NCBI GenBank assembly: GCA_018623515.1
Contig: JAAZVL010000001.1
Coordinates: 6,037-70,036, forward strand
Direction of reading: 5' to 3'
DNA: 64,000 nucleotides
Origin: Marinobacter sp.
GTDB lineage: Bacteria > Pseudomonadota > Gammaproteobacteria > Pseudomonadales > Oleiphilaceae
Positions 17,585-27,843 of the stretch are shown piece after piece. The notes beneath the pieces are model-generated. The model was not told the DNA's origin and did no database searches. It saw nothing but the letters and a program-made list of their open reading frames with translations. Every line of letters starts with the position of its first letter. The stretch's first letter is position 1. Made by a program: the position numbers and the translations under genes.

Positions 17585-18904
17585 ATGCGAAGACTGCTCT
17601 CCACCAGGCCCCTGATAAACCTGGCTTTTTTGACCCTCTCGATCAATAGCGCAACCAGCCACGCAAACGAACTGGAAATTCACGGGTCCAATACCGTCGG
17701 CGCCACCCTGGCCCCCATGCTTGTCAGCGGTTATCTTGAAGAACATACCGGCAAACCGGTCCGGGCTGAAGCCACGGGGCGTGAGAACGAGCAGCGTATT
17801 CTGGCCCGGGGCAACGGCAAGGCTATTGAGGTTCTGGTGGCGGCGCACGGATCGAGTACCGGTTACAAGGCCCTGGTCGCCGGCCAGGCCGATGTCTGGG
17901 CGTCCTCACGACCGGTTAAGGCCCGGGAAGCGGAGGAGTTCCGTCACCGGGCGGACCTGACGTCGCTGGAAAGTGAGCACGTCATCGCCATTGATGGCCT
18001 GGCCATTCTCGTACACCCGTCCAATCCAGTGAACCAGCTCAGCATTGATGTCCTGGGCCGGATTTATGCCGGTAACATCCGCAACTGGTCCGAGGTGGGA
18101 GGCCCGGACCTGCCGATCACGCTATATGCCCGGGACGACCGTTCCGGCACCTGGGACACCTTTAAATCCCTTGTCCTTGCCGAAAAATACTCTCTGGATG
18201 CCTCGGCCATGCGTTACGAATCCAATGACCAGTTGTCCGACGACGTCAGCCGGGATCCATCCGGCATCGGCTTTGCCGGGCTGGCCTCGGTGCGCGACAG
18301 TAAGGTACTGGCCATTTCCGAGGGGGACGCCCCGGCCCTCAAGCCCAACCAGCTGACAGTGGCCAGCGAGGACTATCCTCTGGCGCGTCGCCTGTTCATG
18401 TACACCGCGGGCACCCCTGACAGCGAGCTGGTCTCGGGACTGGTGGACTTCGCCCTGGCGGGCCCGGGGCAGGAGCTGGTGGCCAGATCCGGGTTCATTT
18501 CCCAGAACCCGATCGCGGTCCGGCCAGAGTTTGATGATTCCGTCCCTGAATCCTTCCGGCGACTGACCGAGCGTTATGACCGGCTGACCGTCAACTTCCG
18601 TTTTGCCGAGGGCCGCACCAAACTGGACAACAAGGCCCTGCGGGACCTGCGCCGGGTCCGGGATTACCTGGATCAGACCGGCAAGAACGCAGATGATCTG
18701 ATGCTGATCGGTTTTGCCGACCAGCAGGGCAACGAACTCCGGGCCCAGATGATCTCCGAGTTGCGGGCGCTGTCAGTCCGCAAGGCACTCAACGAAGTAG
18801 GCATCAGGGATGTGGCCTATACCGGTTACGGCCACTACATGCCCGTCGGCGGCCGGGGCAGCCCACGTAACGGTCGGGTTGAGGTCTGGATCCGTTCCCG
18901 CTAG
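17585..18904 (+). CDS. Phosphate-binding (PstS-like) / OmpA-C-terminal fusion protein
   Basis: IHGSNTVG, AHGSSTG, RDDRSGT and YPLARRLFMY motifs; C-terminal GFAD...SELRA...NGRVEV. Confidence 0.88.
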   Translation: MRRLLSTRPLINLAFLTLSINSATSHANELEIHGSNTVGATLAPMLVSGYLEEHTGKPVRAEATGRENEQRILARGNGKAIEVLVAAHGSSTGYKALVAGQADVWASSRPVKAREAEEFRHRADLTSLESEHVIAIDGLAILVHPSNPVNQLSIDVLGRIYAGNIRNWSEVGGPDLPITLYARDDRSGTWDTFKSLVLAEKYSLDASAMRYESNDQLSDDVSRDPSGIGFAGLASVRDSKVLAISEGDAPALKPNQLTVASEDYPLARRLFMYTAGTPDSELVSGLVDFALAGPGQELVARSGFISQNPIAVRPEFDDSVPESFRRLTERYDRLTVNFRFAEGRTKLDNKALRDLRRVRDYLDQTGKNADDLMLIGFADQQGNELRAQMISELRALSVRKALNEVGIRDVAYTGYGHYMPVGGRGSPRNGRVEVWIRSR

Positions 18905-19025
18905 GCGGGCTGATTAGACCAAAGAAAGCCCCGGTTTTTCGGCAATCACCTATCCGCGCGGGCGTCACAGATATGTTTGGGTTTCCTATACTGTGCGGGT
19001 CATTTCCAACCAACAGACCGGAACA

Positions 19026-20321
19026 ATGGACATCCAAACAGACCACCGATACGCGATCAACCTGAACGTCCGGGGCATCCAGCCCTCCGCCACCCTCCGC
19101 ATCAACGAGCTGAGCAACCAGCTGCGTTCCGAAGGAAAAGACATCATCAAGCTCGGCCTGGGGCAGTCCCCGTTCCCGGTCCCCGATCGCGTGGTGGATG
19201 CTCTGAAAGCGCACGCTCACGAGAAAGACTACCTGCCGGTGAAAGGCCTCAAGGGCCTGCGCGAAGCCATCGCCGGCTACATCAATCGCAACGAGCGCAT
19301 GCGTTGCACCTGGGAAGACGTGCTGATCGGCCCGGGTTCCAAGGAATTGCTGTTCATGCTCCAGCTGGCCTACTATGGTGACCTGCTGATCCCCCGGCCG
19401 AGCTGGGTGTCCTACGCGCCCCAGGCCCGGATCATCGGCCGTTCGGTACACTGGCTGCCGACCCACGCCGAGAACAACTGGCAACTCACCGCCGAGGAAC
19501 TGGACATCATCTGCCGGGACGACCCGTCGCGCCCGCGCATCCTGATCCTCAACTACCCGTCCAACCCGACCGGTTGCACCTACACCGACGACCAGCTGCT
19601 GGCGATCGCCAACGTGGCCCGCAAGTACAAGCTGATCCTGCTGTCAGACGAGATCTACGGGGAAGTGCACTTCGAAGGCAAGCACAAGTCCATTGCCCGC
19701 TACTACCCGGAAGGCACCATCATCAGCACCGGCCTGTCCAAGTGGGCCGGCGCCGGCGGCTGGCGCCTGGGTACCTTCATCTTCCCGCCCGAGCTGCGCC
19801 CGCTGCAGGATGCCATGGCGATCATCGCCAGTGAGACCTACACGGCCACCAGTGCTCCGATCCAGCATGCCGCCATTGCTGCGTTCCAGGGTGGTGAGGA
19901 TATCGATGAGTATCTGAAACAGTCCCGTCGCGTGCTGAAGGTCGTAGGTGAGTACATGCATCGGCACCTGAGTGAAATGGGCGCCGTGGTGCAGAAGCCG
20001 GAGGGTGCGTTCTACCTGTTCCCGGATTTCTCCAGCTTCCGCGAGCAGCTCGCCCGCAAGGACATCAAGACGTCCCAGGCCTTCTGCACCGCCCTGCTGG
20101 AAAACACCGGTGTAGCCATCCTGCCCTCCAGTGACTTCGGCTTCGTACCGGACCATCTGGGTGCGCGACTGGCCTTCGTCGATTTCGACGGCGGTGACGC
20201 CCTGGCGCTGGCCGGCGGCGATTACGCCGAGCAGGAACTGGACGACGCCTTCGTCAAACAGGCCTGCCCGCGCCTGGTGCTGGCCATGGACAAGATGGAG
20301 CGTTGGCTGAAGAGCCTGTAA
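19026..20321 (+). CDS. PLP-dependent class I/II (aspartate-type) aminotransferase
   Basis: GPGSKE, NYPSNPTG, SDEIY and GLSKWAGAGGWRLG motifs. Confidence 0.92.
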   Translation: MDIQTDHRYAINLNVRGIQPSATLRINELSNQLRSEGKDIIKLGLGQSPFPVPDRVVDALKAHAHEKDYLPVKGLKGLREAIAGYINRNERMRCTWEDVLIGPGSKELLFMLQLAYYGDLLIPRPSWVSYAPQARIIGRSVHWLPTHAENNWQLTAEELDIICRDDPSRPRILILNYPSNPTGCTYTDDQLLAIANVARKYKLILLSDEIYGEVHFEGKHKSIARYYPEGTIISTGLSKWAGAGGWRLGTFIFPPELRPLQDAMAIIASETYTATSAPIQHAAIAAFQGGEDIDEYLKQSRRVLKVVGEYMHRHLSEMGAVVQKPEGAFYLFPDFSSFREQLARKDIKTSQAFCTALLENTGVAILPSSDFGFVPDHLGARLAFVDFDGGDALALAGGDYAEQELDDAFVKQACPRLVLAMDKMERWLKSL

Positions 20322-20371
20322 CCCCGGCGTGTTAGACTGGCGCCCTCACTCATAGAGATCTTGAGGGCGCC

Positions 20372-21196
20372 ATGTCTGATTCCGCTTCCCTTCGCGACAT
20401 CACCGATTTTGCCGAAACCCTGGCCCGCGAAGCCGGGGAACTGATCCGCCATGAGCGGGAAGACAACACCCTCCGAACCGACTACAAGCACCAGACCGAA
20501 CTGGTCACTCACGCGGACTTAATGGCCGACGAGTTCATCACCGGCGCCATCCGCAAGCGCTTTCCCAAGCACCGTATCCTGTCGGAAGAAACCATGCCGG
20601 ACCTGTCCCAGGCGGAGGAACTGGACACGCCCCTGTGGATCGTGGATCCGATCGACGGCACGGTAAACTATGCCTACGGTCACCCCCAGGTGGCGGTCTC
20701 CATTGCCTATGCCGAAAAGGGTGAAGTCCAGGCCGGCGTGGTCCACGCCCCCTTCCCCGGCGAGACCTTCCGGGCCACCAGGGGCGAAGGCGCCACCCTC
20801 AACGGCAAGCCGATCAAACACAGCGGCGCCACCGAGCCCCGGCAGTCGCTGTTCGCCACTGGCTTCCCCTACACCAAGGACAACCTGGAACCCCTGGTCC
20901 GCCGCCTCGACGCCATGATCCATCAGTGCCGGGACCTGCGCCGCATCGGTTCGGCGGCCCTGGACATCTGCTGGGTGGCCTGTGGCCGGCTGGACATCTA
21001 CTACGAAAACGTCAGCCCCTGGGATTTTGCAGCGGCTCGCCTGATCGCCAAGGAAGCCGGTGCCACGGCCGGGCACTTCGGAGAGGTACCGGAGGGCTAC
21101 CCGGCCGACCTCTGGGGCCGCGATATCCTGATTTCGGCGCCGGCGGTCTGGGAGCCGGTGCGTTCCATCCTCCGGTCTGCCTCAGGGTATGACTGA
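20372..21196 (+). CDS. Inositol monophosphatase family protein
   Basis: SEE, WIVDPIDGTVNY, RRIGSAALD and PWDFAAA motifs. Confidence 0.92.
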   Translation: MSDSASLRDITDFAETLAREAGELIRHEREDNTLRTDYKHQTELVTHADLMADEFITGAIRKRFPKHRILSEETMPDLSQAEELDTPLWIVDPIDGTVNYAYGHPQVAVSIAYAEKGEVQAGVVHAPFPGETFRATRGEGATLNGKPIKHSGATEPRQSLFATGFPYTKDNLEPLVRRLDAMIHQCRDLRRIGSAALDICWVACGRLDIYYENVSPWDFAAARLIAKEAGATAGHFGEVPEGYPADLWGRDILISAPAVWEPVRSILRSASGYD

Positions 21197-21247
21197 GCTT
21201 CTGGTTTGACCTCTACCTGGTTTTCCAGCCTGCTGGTTTTGCGGGCT

Positions 21248-21359
21248 GGACCGATGTGGGCATCCCTTTCCCGGAACCGCTACAAGCACATCCATGTGCG
21301 CTTGACTCCGGCCATCCATGGCCTCCGACATTCCGGGAAAGGGATGCCCACACCGGTCC
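21248..21359 (-). repeat. GGA-loop hairpin repeat, copy A
   Basis: 29-bp arms 21248-21276/21331-21359 (single mismatch, a G-U pair on the minus strand) around a 54-nt core; minus strand has GCCATGGATGGC and CACATGGATGTG. Confidence 0.9.
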
Positions 21360-21454
21360 GATCAGACTGCCAGAGATATCCGGTTGTCAGAGCCGGAGAT
21401 CGGCAAGCTTTGAGGTACGGTAGTCGCTGACATATCTGAAGCTTCAGAAGGGAG

Positions 21455-21554
21455 CGGTGGGACTGCTCTGCACAGAATGTTGAAGGCCAGGGATGGCCTG
21501 AAACAAGCGCACATGGACGTGCTCGTAGCGGTTCTGTGCAGAGCAGTCCCACCG
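21455..21554 (+). repeat. GGA-loop hairpin repeat, copy B
   Basis: Perfect 23-bp arms 21455-21477/21532-21554; 54-nt core 46/54 identical to the reverse complement of core A. Confidence 0.9.
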
Positions 21555-21605
21555 ATCCCCTGCACCAAAACCATCAGGCTACAAAAAAGAAACCACCCCC
21601 AAAAC

Positions 21606-22193
21606 TCACCCCCAGACACCCTCGGAAATCAGTCCCCAGCTCTCCTCAAAATCGGTTGACGGCAGCCGGGAAAACGAAGACCGGACAAACCGCTGGATGC
21701 GGCCTTCCACAAACACCATGACGAAGTCGGCCCCCCGGGCGGCACTGGTCCGTGGCCGAAGCCCCTGGCGGATTTCGCCTTCCTTCAGGGCCTGACGGAC
21801 CTGGGTTTCCAGGCGTTCAAAGAACTGGGAGGCACGCTTGCGCAGGGCTTCGTTCTCCCCCATCAGGGCGTCGCCTGTCAGCACACAGCACAGACCCGGA
21901 TTGCGCTCGGCGAACACCAGCACCAGGTGTACCAGCTGTTGCAGACGCGCCCGCACATCCTCCTGCTCCTGCAGGATCACCTGGCAGCGGGAGAACACCG
22001 CCTCCTCGGCAAACTCAATGAGGGCTTCGAACATTTTCCGCTTGCTGGGGAAATGGCGGTAGAGGGCCGCTTCGGTCACACCCACGGTGCGGGCCAGGCC
22101 GGCGGTGGTGATGCGGGCGCCCGGGTCGGTTTCCAGCAGTTCCACCAGGGCGTGAAGGATCGCCTCACGGCGACTGGGTTTGTTATCGGTCAT
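21606..22193 (-). CDS. slmA: Nucleoid occlusion factor SlmA (TetR family)
   Basis: RITTAGLARTVGVTEAALYRHFPSKRKMFEALIEFAEE. Confidence 0.88.
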   Translation of the reverse strand: MTDNKPSRREAILHALVELLETDPGARITTAGLARTVGVTEAALYRHFPSKRKMFEALIEFAEEAVFSRCQVILQEQEDVRARLQQLVHLVLVFAERNPGLCCVLTGDALMGENEALRKRASQFFERLETQVRQALKEGEIRQGLRPRTSAARGADFVMVFVEGRIQRFVRSSFSRLPSTDFEESWGLISEGVWG

Positions 22194-22250
22194 GACAGGA
22201 CTACAGCGCTCTGAATTTTGGTTTTTATGATCGACGTCTTTCTTGAACAT

Positions 22251-22280
22251 GGGGTCAGATGAAAGCTTTCATCTGACCCC
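22251..22280. repeat. Perfect 30-bp palindrome (REP-like), may also act as a terminator
   Basis: GGGGTCAGATGAAAGCTTTCATCTGACCCC followed by TTTTT. Confidence 0.75.
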
Positions 22281-22309
22281 TTTTTCACAACTCGACCCCA
22301 CCTTCACCC

Positions 22310-23119
22310 TCAGAAGAAGGTGCCATCAAGCGGCGAGGACGCACTGGCATACATCTTCTTCGGCATGCGCCCGGCCAGGTAGGCTTCGCGGCCCGCTTCG
22401 ATGGCCAGGCGCATGGCGTTGGCCATCTTGATGGGGTCCCGGGCCTGGGCAATGGCGGTGTTCATCAGTACGCCGTCGCAACCGAGCTCCATGGCGATGG
22501 TGGCGTCGGAAGCGGTGCCGACGCCTGCGTCCACCAGCACCGGCACGCTGGCGTTCTCGACGATCAGCTTGATGTTGTAGCGGTTCTGGATGCCCAGACC
22601 GGAGCCGATGGGTGCACCCAGGGGCATGATGGCTACGCAGCCCATCTCTTCGAGGCGCTTGGCCAGCAGCGGGTCGTCGGAGCAGTAGACCATGACCTTG
22701 AAGCCGTCCTTGATCAGCTCCTCGGCAGCCACCAGGGTTTCGGTCATGTTCGGGTACAGGGTCTTTTCCTCACCGAGCACTTCCAGCTTGACCAGGTCGT
22801 GGCCGTCCAGCAGTTCCCGCGCCAGCTTGCAGGTGCGCACCGCATCTTTTGCCGTGTAACAACCGGCCGTGTTGGGCAGGATGGTGTAACTCTCCGGGGA
22901 AATCACATCCAGCAGGTTGGGCTCGTCCGGGTTCTGGCCCAGGTTGGTGCGGCGCACGGCAACGGTGACAATCTCGGCGCCGCTGGCCTCGATGGCGTGG
23001 CCGGTTTCCATCATGTCCCGGTACTTGCCGGTGCCTACCAGCAATCGGGACTGGTAGACGCGGCCGGCAATTTCCAGGGGCTTGTCTTCAGGAAGCTGAA
23101 TTTCAGGGGTATCGGTCAT
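22310..23119 (-). CDS. thiG: Thiazole synthase
   Basis: [33 protein letters not shown] and DAGVG motifs. Confidence 0.97.
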   Translation of the reverse strand: MTDTPEIQLPEDKPLEIAGRVYQSRLLVGTGKYRDMMETGHAIEASGAEIVTVAVRRTNLGQNPDEPNLLDVISPESYTILPNTAGCYTAKDAVRTCKLARELLDGHDLVKLEVLGEEKTLYPNMTETLVAAEELIKDGFKVMVYCSDDPLLAKRLEEMGCVAIMPLGAPIGSGLGIQNRYNIKLIVENASVPVLVDAGVGTASDATIAMELGCDGVLMNTAIAQARDPIKMANAMRLAIEAGREAYLAGRMPKKMYASASSPLDGTFF

Positions 23120-23193
23120 AATCTTTCCGGGTAGTCTGGATGTTCAATCTGGATTCGGCGGCGGCCGCCATTAGCTGACACGGGAACTCGGGT

Positions 23194-23394
23194 TCAGCCG
23201 CCGCCGATGGCATGAACCACTTCGACGCGATCGCCGGGGTTCAGGGTGAATTCCGGGTGCTGGCTGCGGGGCACGATATCCTCGTTGACTTCCACCGCCA
23301 GCCGCTTACCGGTCAGGGCCAGGGATTCAATCAGGACCGAGACGGTGGCGCCGTCCGGGAGTTCCATCGCATCGCCGTTTACTTCTACCTGCAT
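23194..23394 (-). CDS. thiS: Sulfur carrier protein ThiS
   Basis: 66 aa; AVEVNEDIVPR; C-terminal GG. Confidence 0.95.
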   Translation of the reverse strand: MQVEVNGDAMELPDGATVSVLIESLALTGKRLAVEVNEDIVPRSQHPEFTLNPGDRVEVVHAIGGG

Positions 23395-23418
23395 GTTGCT
23401 GTCAAACCTCGCATTTAT

Positions 23419-23826
23419 TCAGCCTTGGCGCCGGAGGCCTGCGGTAACCAGCAGCCCCCAGCCAATCATGAAGCATACACCACCGAGCGGGGTGACCGGG
23501 CCCAGCCAGTGGTAACCGGTGAATACCAGCAGGTACAGGCTGCCACTGAACAACAGGATACCCGTCAGGTAGAACCAGGCCGCCGCCCCCAGTAATTGTC
23601 GGGACAGGCCAAGCCCCGCCAGCACAGCCACCAGCACCAGCGCCAGGGCATGGTACATCTGGTAGGTGACGGCGGTCTGGAAAACCTCGAGAGCCCGTTC
23701 ACTCACCATCCGGCGCAGGCCATGGGCACCGAAGGCCCCGGCCATGACCGCCAGCAGACCGAACATCGCTCCGGCGACCAGTGGCCAGCGCAATACCGGC
23801 ACCGTTCGGGATGCTTCAGCAGTCAC
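23419..23826 (-). CDS. DUF423 (YgdD/TMEM256) membrane protein
   Basis: GAFGAHGL, YQMYHALAL, LFSGSLY and GPVTPLGG motifs. Confidence 0.9.
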   Translation of the reverse strand: MTAEASRTVPVLRWPLVAGAMFGLLAVMAGAFGAHGLRRMVSERALEVFQTAVTYQMYHALALVLVAVLAGLGLSRQLLGAAAWFYLTGILLFSGSLYLLVFTGYHWLGPVTPLGGVCFMIGWGLLVTAGLRRQG

Positions 23827-24616
23827 AGTGGATCTTCTCTCCGGTATCCAGGTTCATCACCGTCAGCACACCGCCCCAGACACAGCCGGTGTCCAGGCCG
23901 ATAAACCGGTCACTGCCGGTATTGCCCTCGAGCGCGGCCCAGTGACCGAAGATCACGCGGACATCGTCCTGCCTGGGGAACCGGAACCAGGGTGCATAGC
24001 CCTCGGGGGCATTGCCTGCGGATTCCTTGGTCGCCAGCTCCAGGGTGCCGTCCTCGGCAATGAAACGCATCCGGGTGAAGTAGTTGGTAATCACCCGCCA
24101 GCGGTCCATACCGGTCAGACCGGGCTCCCAGCGCTCGGGTTCGTTGCCGTACATGTGGGTAAAGTAATACTCCGCCCGGTCGCTCCGGATCACTTCTTCC
24201 ACTTCCCGACCATAACGGACGGCCTCTTCCACACCCCAGATATGGGGAATGCCTGCGTGGGCCATGATGAAGTTGCGCTGCTGGTCGTAAACACAGAAGT
24301 TCTGCTGGCGCAGCCACTGCAGCAACCGATCGCAGTCCGGGGCATCCAGGATATCGTGGAGGGTGTCCTTGCGTTTCGGGGCATGACCGCCGAGCGCCAC
24401 CGCCAGCAGATGCAGGTCGTGGTTACCAAGGACCACCACCGCGCTGGCGCCCAGACTCTCGATGTAGCGCAGGGTCTCGAGCGACGACGGCCCGCGGTTG
24501 ATCAGGTCACCCGCCACCCACAGACGGTCACGGGAAGGCGAGAAATCCACCTTGGCCAGGACGTCCCGCAAACGTTCATAGCAACCCTGGATATCGCCGA
24601 TGGCATAGTCAGTCAT
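23816..24616 (-). CDS. apaH: Symmetrical bis(5'-nucleosyl)-tetraphosphatase
   Basis: [28 protein letters not shown] and LDTGCVWG motifs; synteny. Confidence 0.95.
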   Translation of the reverse strand: MTDYAIGDIQGCYERLRDVLAKVDFSPSRDRLWVAGDLINRGPSSLETLRYIESLGASAVVVLGNHDLHLLAVALGGHAPKRKDTLHDILDAPDCDRLLQWLRQQNFCVYDQQRNFIMAHAGIPHIWGVEEAVRYGREVEEVIRSDRAEYYFTHMYGNEPERWEPGLTGMDRWRVITNYFTRMRFIAEDGTLELATKESAGNAPEGYAPWFRFPRQDDVRVIFGHWAALEGNTGSDRFIGLDTGCVWGGVLTVMNLDTGEKIHCDC

Positions 24617-25433
24617 TACTTACCTCATCGCCGGATCCGGTTTTCTGGTCAAAGAGAAAGTCGGCAATGTGTACGTAGTCCGCCAGGCTGAGGTTTTCCG
24701 GGCGCAGCCCGTCATCGATACCCAGGCTCTGCAGTTGCTCAGCGCTGATCATGCCACCGAGGGCCTTGCGCAGAGTCTTGCGCCGGGCATTGAACGCAGT
24801 GCGAACTACCGCCTGCAGGGTGGTCAGATCCCTGGCCGGATGCGGCAGCGTTTCATGGGGCACCAGTCGGACAATCGCGGAATCCACTTTCGGCGCCGGC
24901 TTGAACGCGCCCGGGCCCACCTCGAACAGCGGCTGCACCTTGCAGAAATACTGGGCCATGATGCCCAGCCGGCCGTAGTTGTTGTCTCCGGGCACCGCGG
25001 CCAGCCGCTGCACCACCTCCTTCTGCAGCATGAAATGCATGTCCTGCACCACGCCCGCCTGGCTGAGCAGGTGGAAGATCAGGGGCGTGGAGATATTGTA
25101 CGGCAGGTTGCCGATGATCCTCAGCGGCCGGTCCTCCACCAGCTGGCTGAAATCGAACTTCAGCGCGTCAGCCTCGTGGATACGGAATTCCGGGTAGTTG
25201 AAAAACTTGGTGCGCAACACCGGAATCAGGTCCCGGTCCAGCTCCACCACCTGCAGGCGGGGGTTGATCGCCAGGATTTCCTCGGTCAGGGCGCCCAGGC
25301 CGGGGCCGATCTCGACAATGGCATCCTCCGGCCTGGGGTTGATGGCACGCACGATGCGCTCGATCACGCCCGGGTCGTGCAGGAAGTTCTGTCCAAAACG
25401 TTTTCGGGCCTGATGGCCGGCTTTCTGACTCAC
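24609..25433 (-). CDS. ksgA: 16S rRNA m6,2A dimethyltransferase KsgA (RsmA methyltransferase)
   Basis: [16 protein letters not shown] and [10 protein letters not shown] motifs; GTG start overlapping the pdxA stop. Confidence 0.96.
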   Translation of the reverse strand: MSQKAGHQARKRFGQNFLHDPGVIERIVRAINPRPEDAIVEIGPGLGALTEEILAINPRLQVVELDRDLIPVLRTKFFNYPEFRIHEADALKFDFSQLVEDRPLRIIGNLPYNISTPLIFHLLSQAGVVQDMHFMLQKEVVQRLAAVPGDNNYGRLGIMAQYFCKVQPLFEVGPGAFKPAPKVDSAIVRLVPHETLPHPARDLTTLQAVVRTAFNARRKTLRKALGGMISAEQLQSLGIDDGLRPENLSLADYVHIADFLFDQKTGSGDEVSND

Positions 25434-26440
25434 GATTTGCTCTCTTGTCCGGACGCCTTCCGGCATCGCGCCATGTGTTCAGCCACGCGGATGGCGGTGT
25501 GCAGGCTACCGGCATCGGCCTTGCCGGTTCCCGCCAGGTCCAGGGCGGTGCCATGGTCGACCGAGGTACGTACAATGGGCAGGCCCAGGGTAATGTTCAC
25601 GGCCCTGCCGAAACCCTGGAACTTGAGTACCGGCAGGCCCTGGTCATGGTACATGGCCAGCACCGCATCGGCGTTATCCAGCCAGTGTGGTGTGAACAGG
25701 GTATCCGCCGGCAAGGGTCCCGTCAGTTTGATGCCCTCGCTCCGCAAGGTATCGAGGGTGGGTTCAATCACCTCGATTTCCTCCCGGCCCAGGTGGCCAC
25801 CTTCACCGGCGTGGGGATTGAGCCCCGCCACCAGGATCCGGGGTTCGGCGATGCCGAAGAAGGTCTTGAGATCGGCATTCAGGATGCGGGTGACCTGAAC
25901 CAGCCGCTCGGGGGTGATGGCATCCGCCACGTTCCGGAGCGGGAGGTGGGTGGTGACCAGGGCTACCCGTAATTCTTCGGTGGCGAGCATCATCACCACC
26001 CGCTCCACCCCGCACAATTCCTGCAGGAATTCGGTGTGGCCGCTGAAGGCGATGCCGGCCTCGTTGATCACACCCTTGTGCACCGGCGCGGTGACCATGC
26101 CATCCACCTCGCCAGCCAGGCAGGCGCGGGCAGCAATTTCCAGAGTTTTCAGGACATAACGACTGTTGGCAGGGTCGGTCTTGCCGGCAGCCAGGTTCTC
26201 GCAGCCATCCACCGGCCATACCGACAGATGGCCCGGCTCCATCCGGGGCGTTGATCCCGGCTGCCAGGTGTGGAGCTCGACCTCAAGACCGAGCATCCGG
26301 GCGCGCCCGGTCAGCAGTGCCTCGCTGGCCACCACCACGATACCTGCCTGGCGAGGCTCCAGGGCCAGCTGAAGGCAGAGCTCGGGGCCGATGCCGGCGG
26401 GCTCGCCTGCGGTCAGGGCCAGGATCACCGGTTGGTTCAT
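25430..26440 (-). CDS. pdxA: 4-hydroxythreonine-4-phosphate dehydrogenase
   Basis: [29 protein letters not shown] and RTSVDHGTA motifs. Confidence 0.96.
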   Translation of the reverse strand: MNQPVILALTAGEPAGIGPELCLQLALEPRQAGIVVVASEALLTGRARMLGLEVELHTWQPGSTPRMEPGHLSVWPVDGCENLAAGKTDPANSRYVLKTLEIAARACLAGEVDGMVTAPVHKGVINEAGIAFSGHTEFLQELCGVERVVMMLATEELRVALVTTHLPLRNVADAITPERLVQVTRILNADLKTFFGIAEPRILVAGLNPHAGEGGHLGREEIEVIEPTLDTLRSEGIKLTGPLPADTLFTPHWLDNADAVLAMYHDQGLPVLKFQGFGRAVNITLGLPIVRTSVDHGTALDLAGTGKADAGSLHTAIRVAEHMARCRKASGQESKS

Positions 26441-27783
26441 GACGACGCACCTGCCTCCTCACCAGCCGGGCTCTCCTCCGCATACTCGCCCTTGAACTCG
26501 ACAAAGGCCTCGTCCCGGATTTCCCGGAGCCAGTTCTGCAATTCGGTCTCGAACTTGCGACGATAGATCGCCTGGCGGGCATCGGATTCCCGGGCCTCGC
26601 CAGTCACGTCTTTCTCGCGGCGTTCCTGTACCTGCAGGATGTGCCAGCCGAACCGGGAACGGAACGGCCCCTTGAGTTCGCCGAGGTCGGCCTCGAGCAT
26701 CGCCTGCTCGAATGCCGGCACCATCTGGCCGCGGCTCACCCAGCCCAGATTACCGCCGTCGGAGCCGGATACCGGATCGTCCGAATATTCTTTGGCCAGT
26801 TCAGCGAAATCGGCACCGTCCTGGAGCTGCCGATACAGATCACGGATCCTGGCCTCAGCCTCGGCATCGGTACGGGCCTCCGACGGCCGCACCAGAATAT
26901 GGCGGACCTTGTGCTGGCGCACCAGCTGCTTCTGCTCGCCACCGCGTTTGTCCATCACCATGACCAGGTGGAAACCGCTGTTATTCTCCAGTACCGGCGA
27001 AGGTTCGCCCGGCGCAAGGTCCGGCACCACGGGCGCAACCAGCGACGGCAGCTGATTCTCGGTACGCCACCCCATGTCGCCACCTTCCAGGGCATTGCTG
27101 GCGTCCGACTCGGCGACGGCCACTTCCCGGAAGTCCCGGCCGTCAACAATCTGCTGGCGTAAATCCTGCGCCTTGGCACGAGCGGCCTCGACCGAGGCCT
27201 CACTGGTCGGGTCATCCACCTGGATGAAAATATAGGCAAGCCGATACTCGGCGGTGTTACCGCCCTGAGCCTCCAGAGCCTGCAGGTAGTTCTCCACCTC
27301 CCGGTCGGTCACCCGCACCCGGTTACCCACCTGCCGCTGCTGGACCCGGCTGGTGAGCATCTCGTTGCGGATCTGTTCGCGGGCCTGGCGATAGCTCACG
27401 CCTTCCGCCGCCAGCTGCTGCTCGAACTCGGCCCGCGTCATGTTGTTCTGCCGGGCGATGTTGTCCATGGTTTCGTTCAGCTCGTTATCACTGATGCGCA
27501 TGCCCATCTTGTCGGCCATCTGCAACTGGATGGACTCGGTAATCAGCTGATCGAGCACCCGCTGTTCCAGGACATCCCGGGGCGGCAGGCCGGTACCCTG
27601 GGCCTGCAGCCGGCTGATGATGGTATTGATCCGGGCTTCGAGCTCGGTCTGCAGGATCACATCGTCATCGACAATGGCGACAACCTGGTCCAGCAGTTTA
27701 CGCTCGGCCTGGGCCGACACGGAGAGTGCCAGCATCAGGAACATCAGAAAGGTTGTCACACCCTGGCGAAAGGTCGCCTTCAT
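26437..27783 (-). CDS. surA: Periplasmic chaperone/PPIase SurA
   Basis: [13 protein letters not shown]; two parvulin domains (GGDMGW, GGNLGW); synteny. Confidence 0.95.
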   Translation of the reverse strand: MKATFRQGVTTFLMFLMLALSVSAQAERKLLDQVVAIVDDDVILQTELEARINTIISRLQAQGTGLPPRDVLEQRVLDQLITESIQLQMADKMGMRISDNELNETMDNIARQNNMTRAEFEQQLAAEGVSYRQAREQIRNEMLTSRVQQRQVGNRVRVTDREVENYLQALEAQGGNTAEYRLAYIFIQVDDPTSEASVEAARAKAQDLRQQIVDGRDFREVAVAESDASNALEGGDMGWRTENQLPSLVAPVVPDLAPGEPSPVLENNSGFHLVMVMDKRGGEQKQLVRQHKVRHILVRPSEARTDAEAEARIRDLYRQLQDGADFAELAKEYSDDPVSGSDGGNLGWVSRGQMVPAFEQAMLEADLGELKGPFRSRFGWHILQVQERREKDVTGEARESDARQAIYRRKFETELQNWLREIRDEAFVEFKGEYAEESPAGEEAGASS

Positions 27784-27843
27784 AATCACCTCATATCAAG
27801 AATGGTGTTCACCGTTGGCCTGGGCTCTTGGTCCGGCCAGGGC

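Noticed and set aside
21248-21554. Possible CRISPR array or tRNA
   Set aside because: Only two inverted copies here, no direct repeat-spacer periodicity, no cas genes, and no cloverleaf or TTC/CCA motifs.
21206-21721. Several 60-90 aa ORFs in the IMPase-slmA gap (also 37837..38070 and 38629..39128)
   Set aside because: They are translations of the hairpin repeat elements, with no RBS or protein-like features.
22194-22250. Longer slmA start at 22250
   Set aside because: ATG 22193 gives the typical SlmA length of about 195 aa, and the upstream ATG abuts the palindrome with no RBS.
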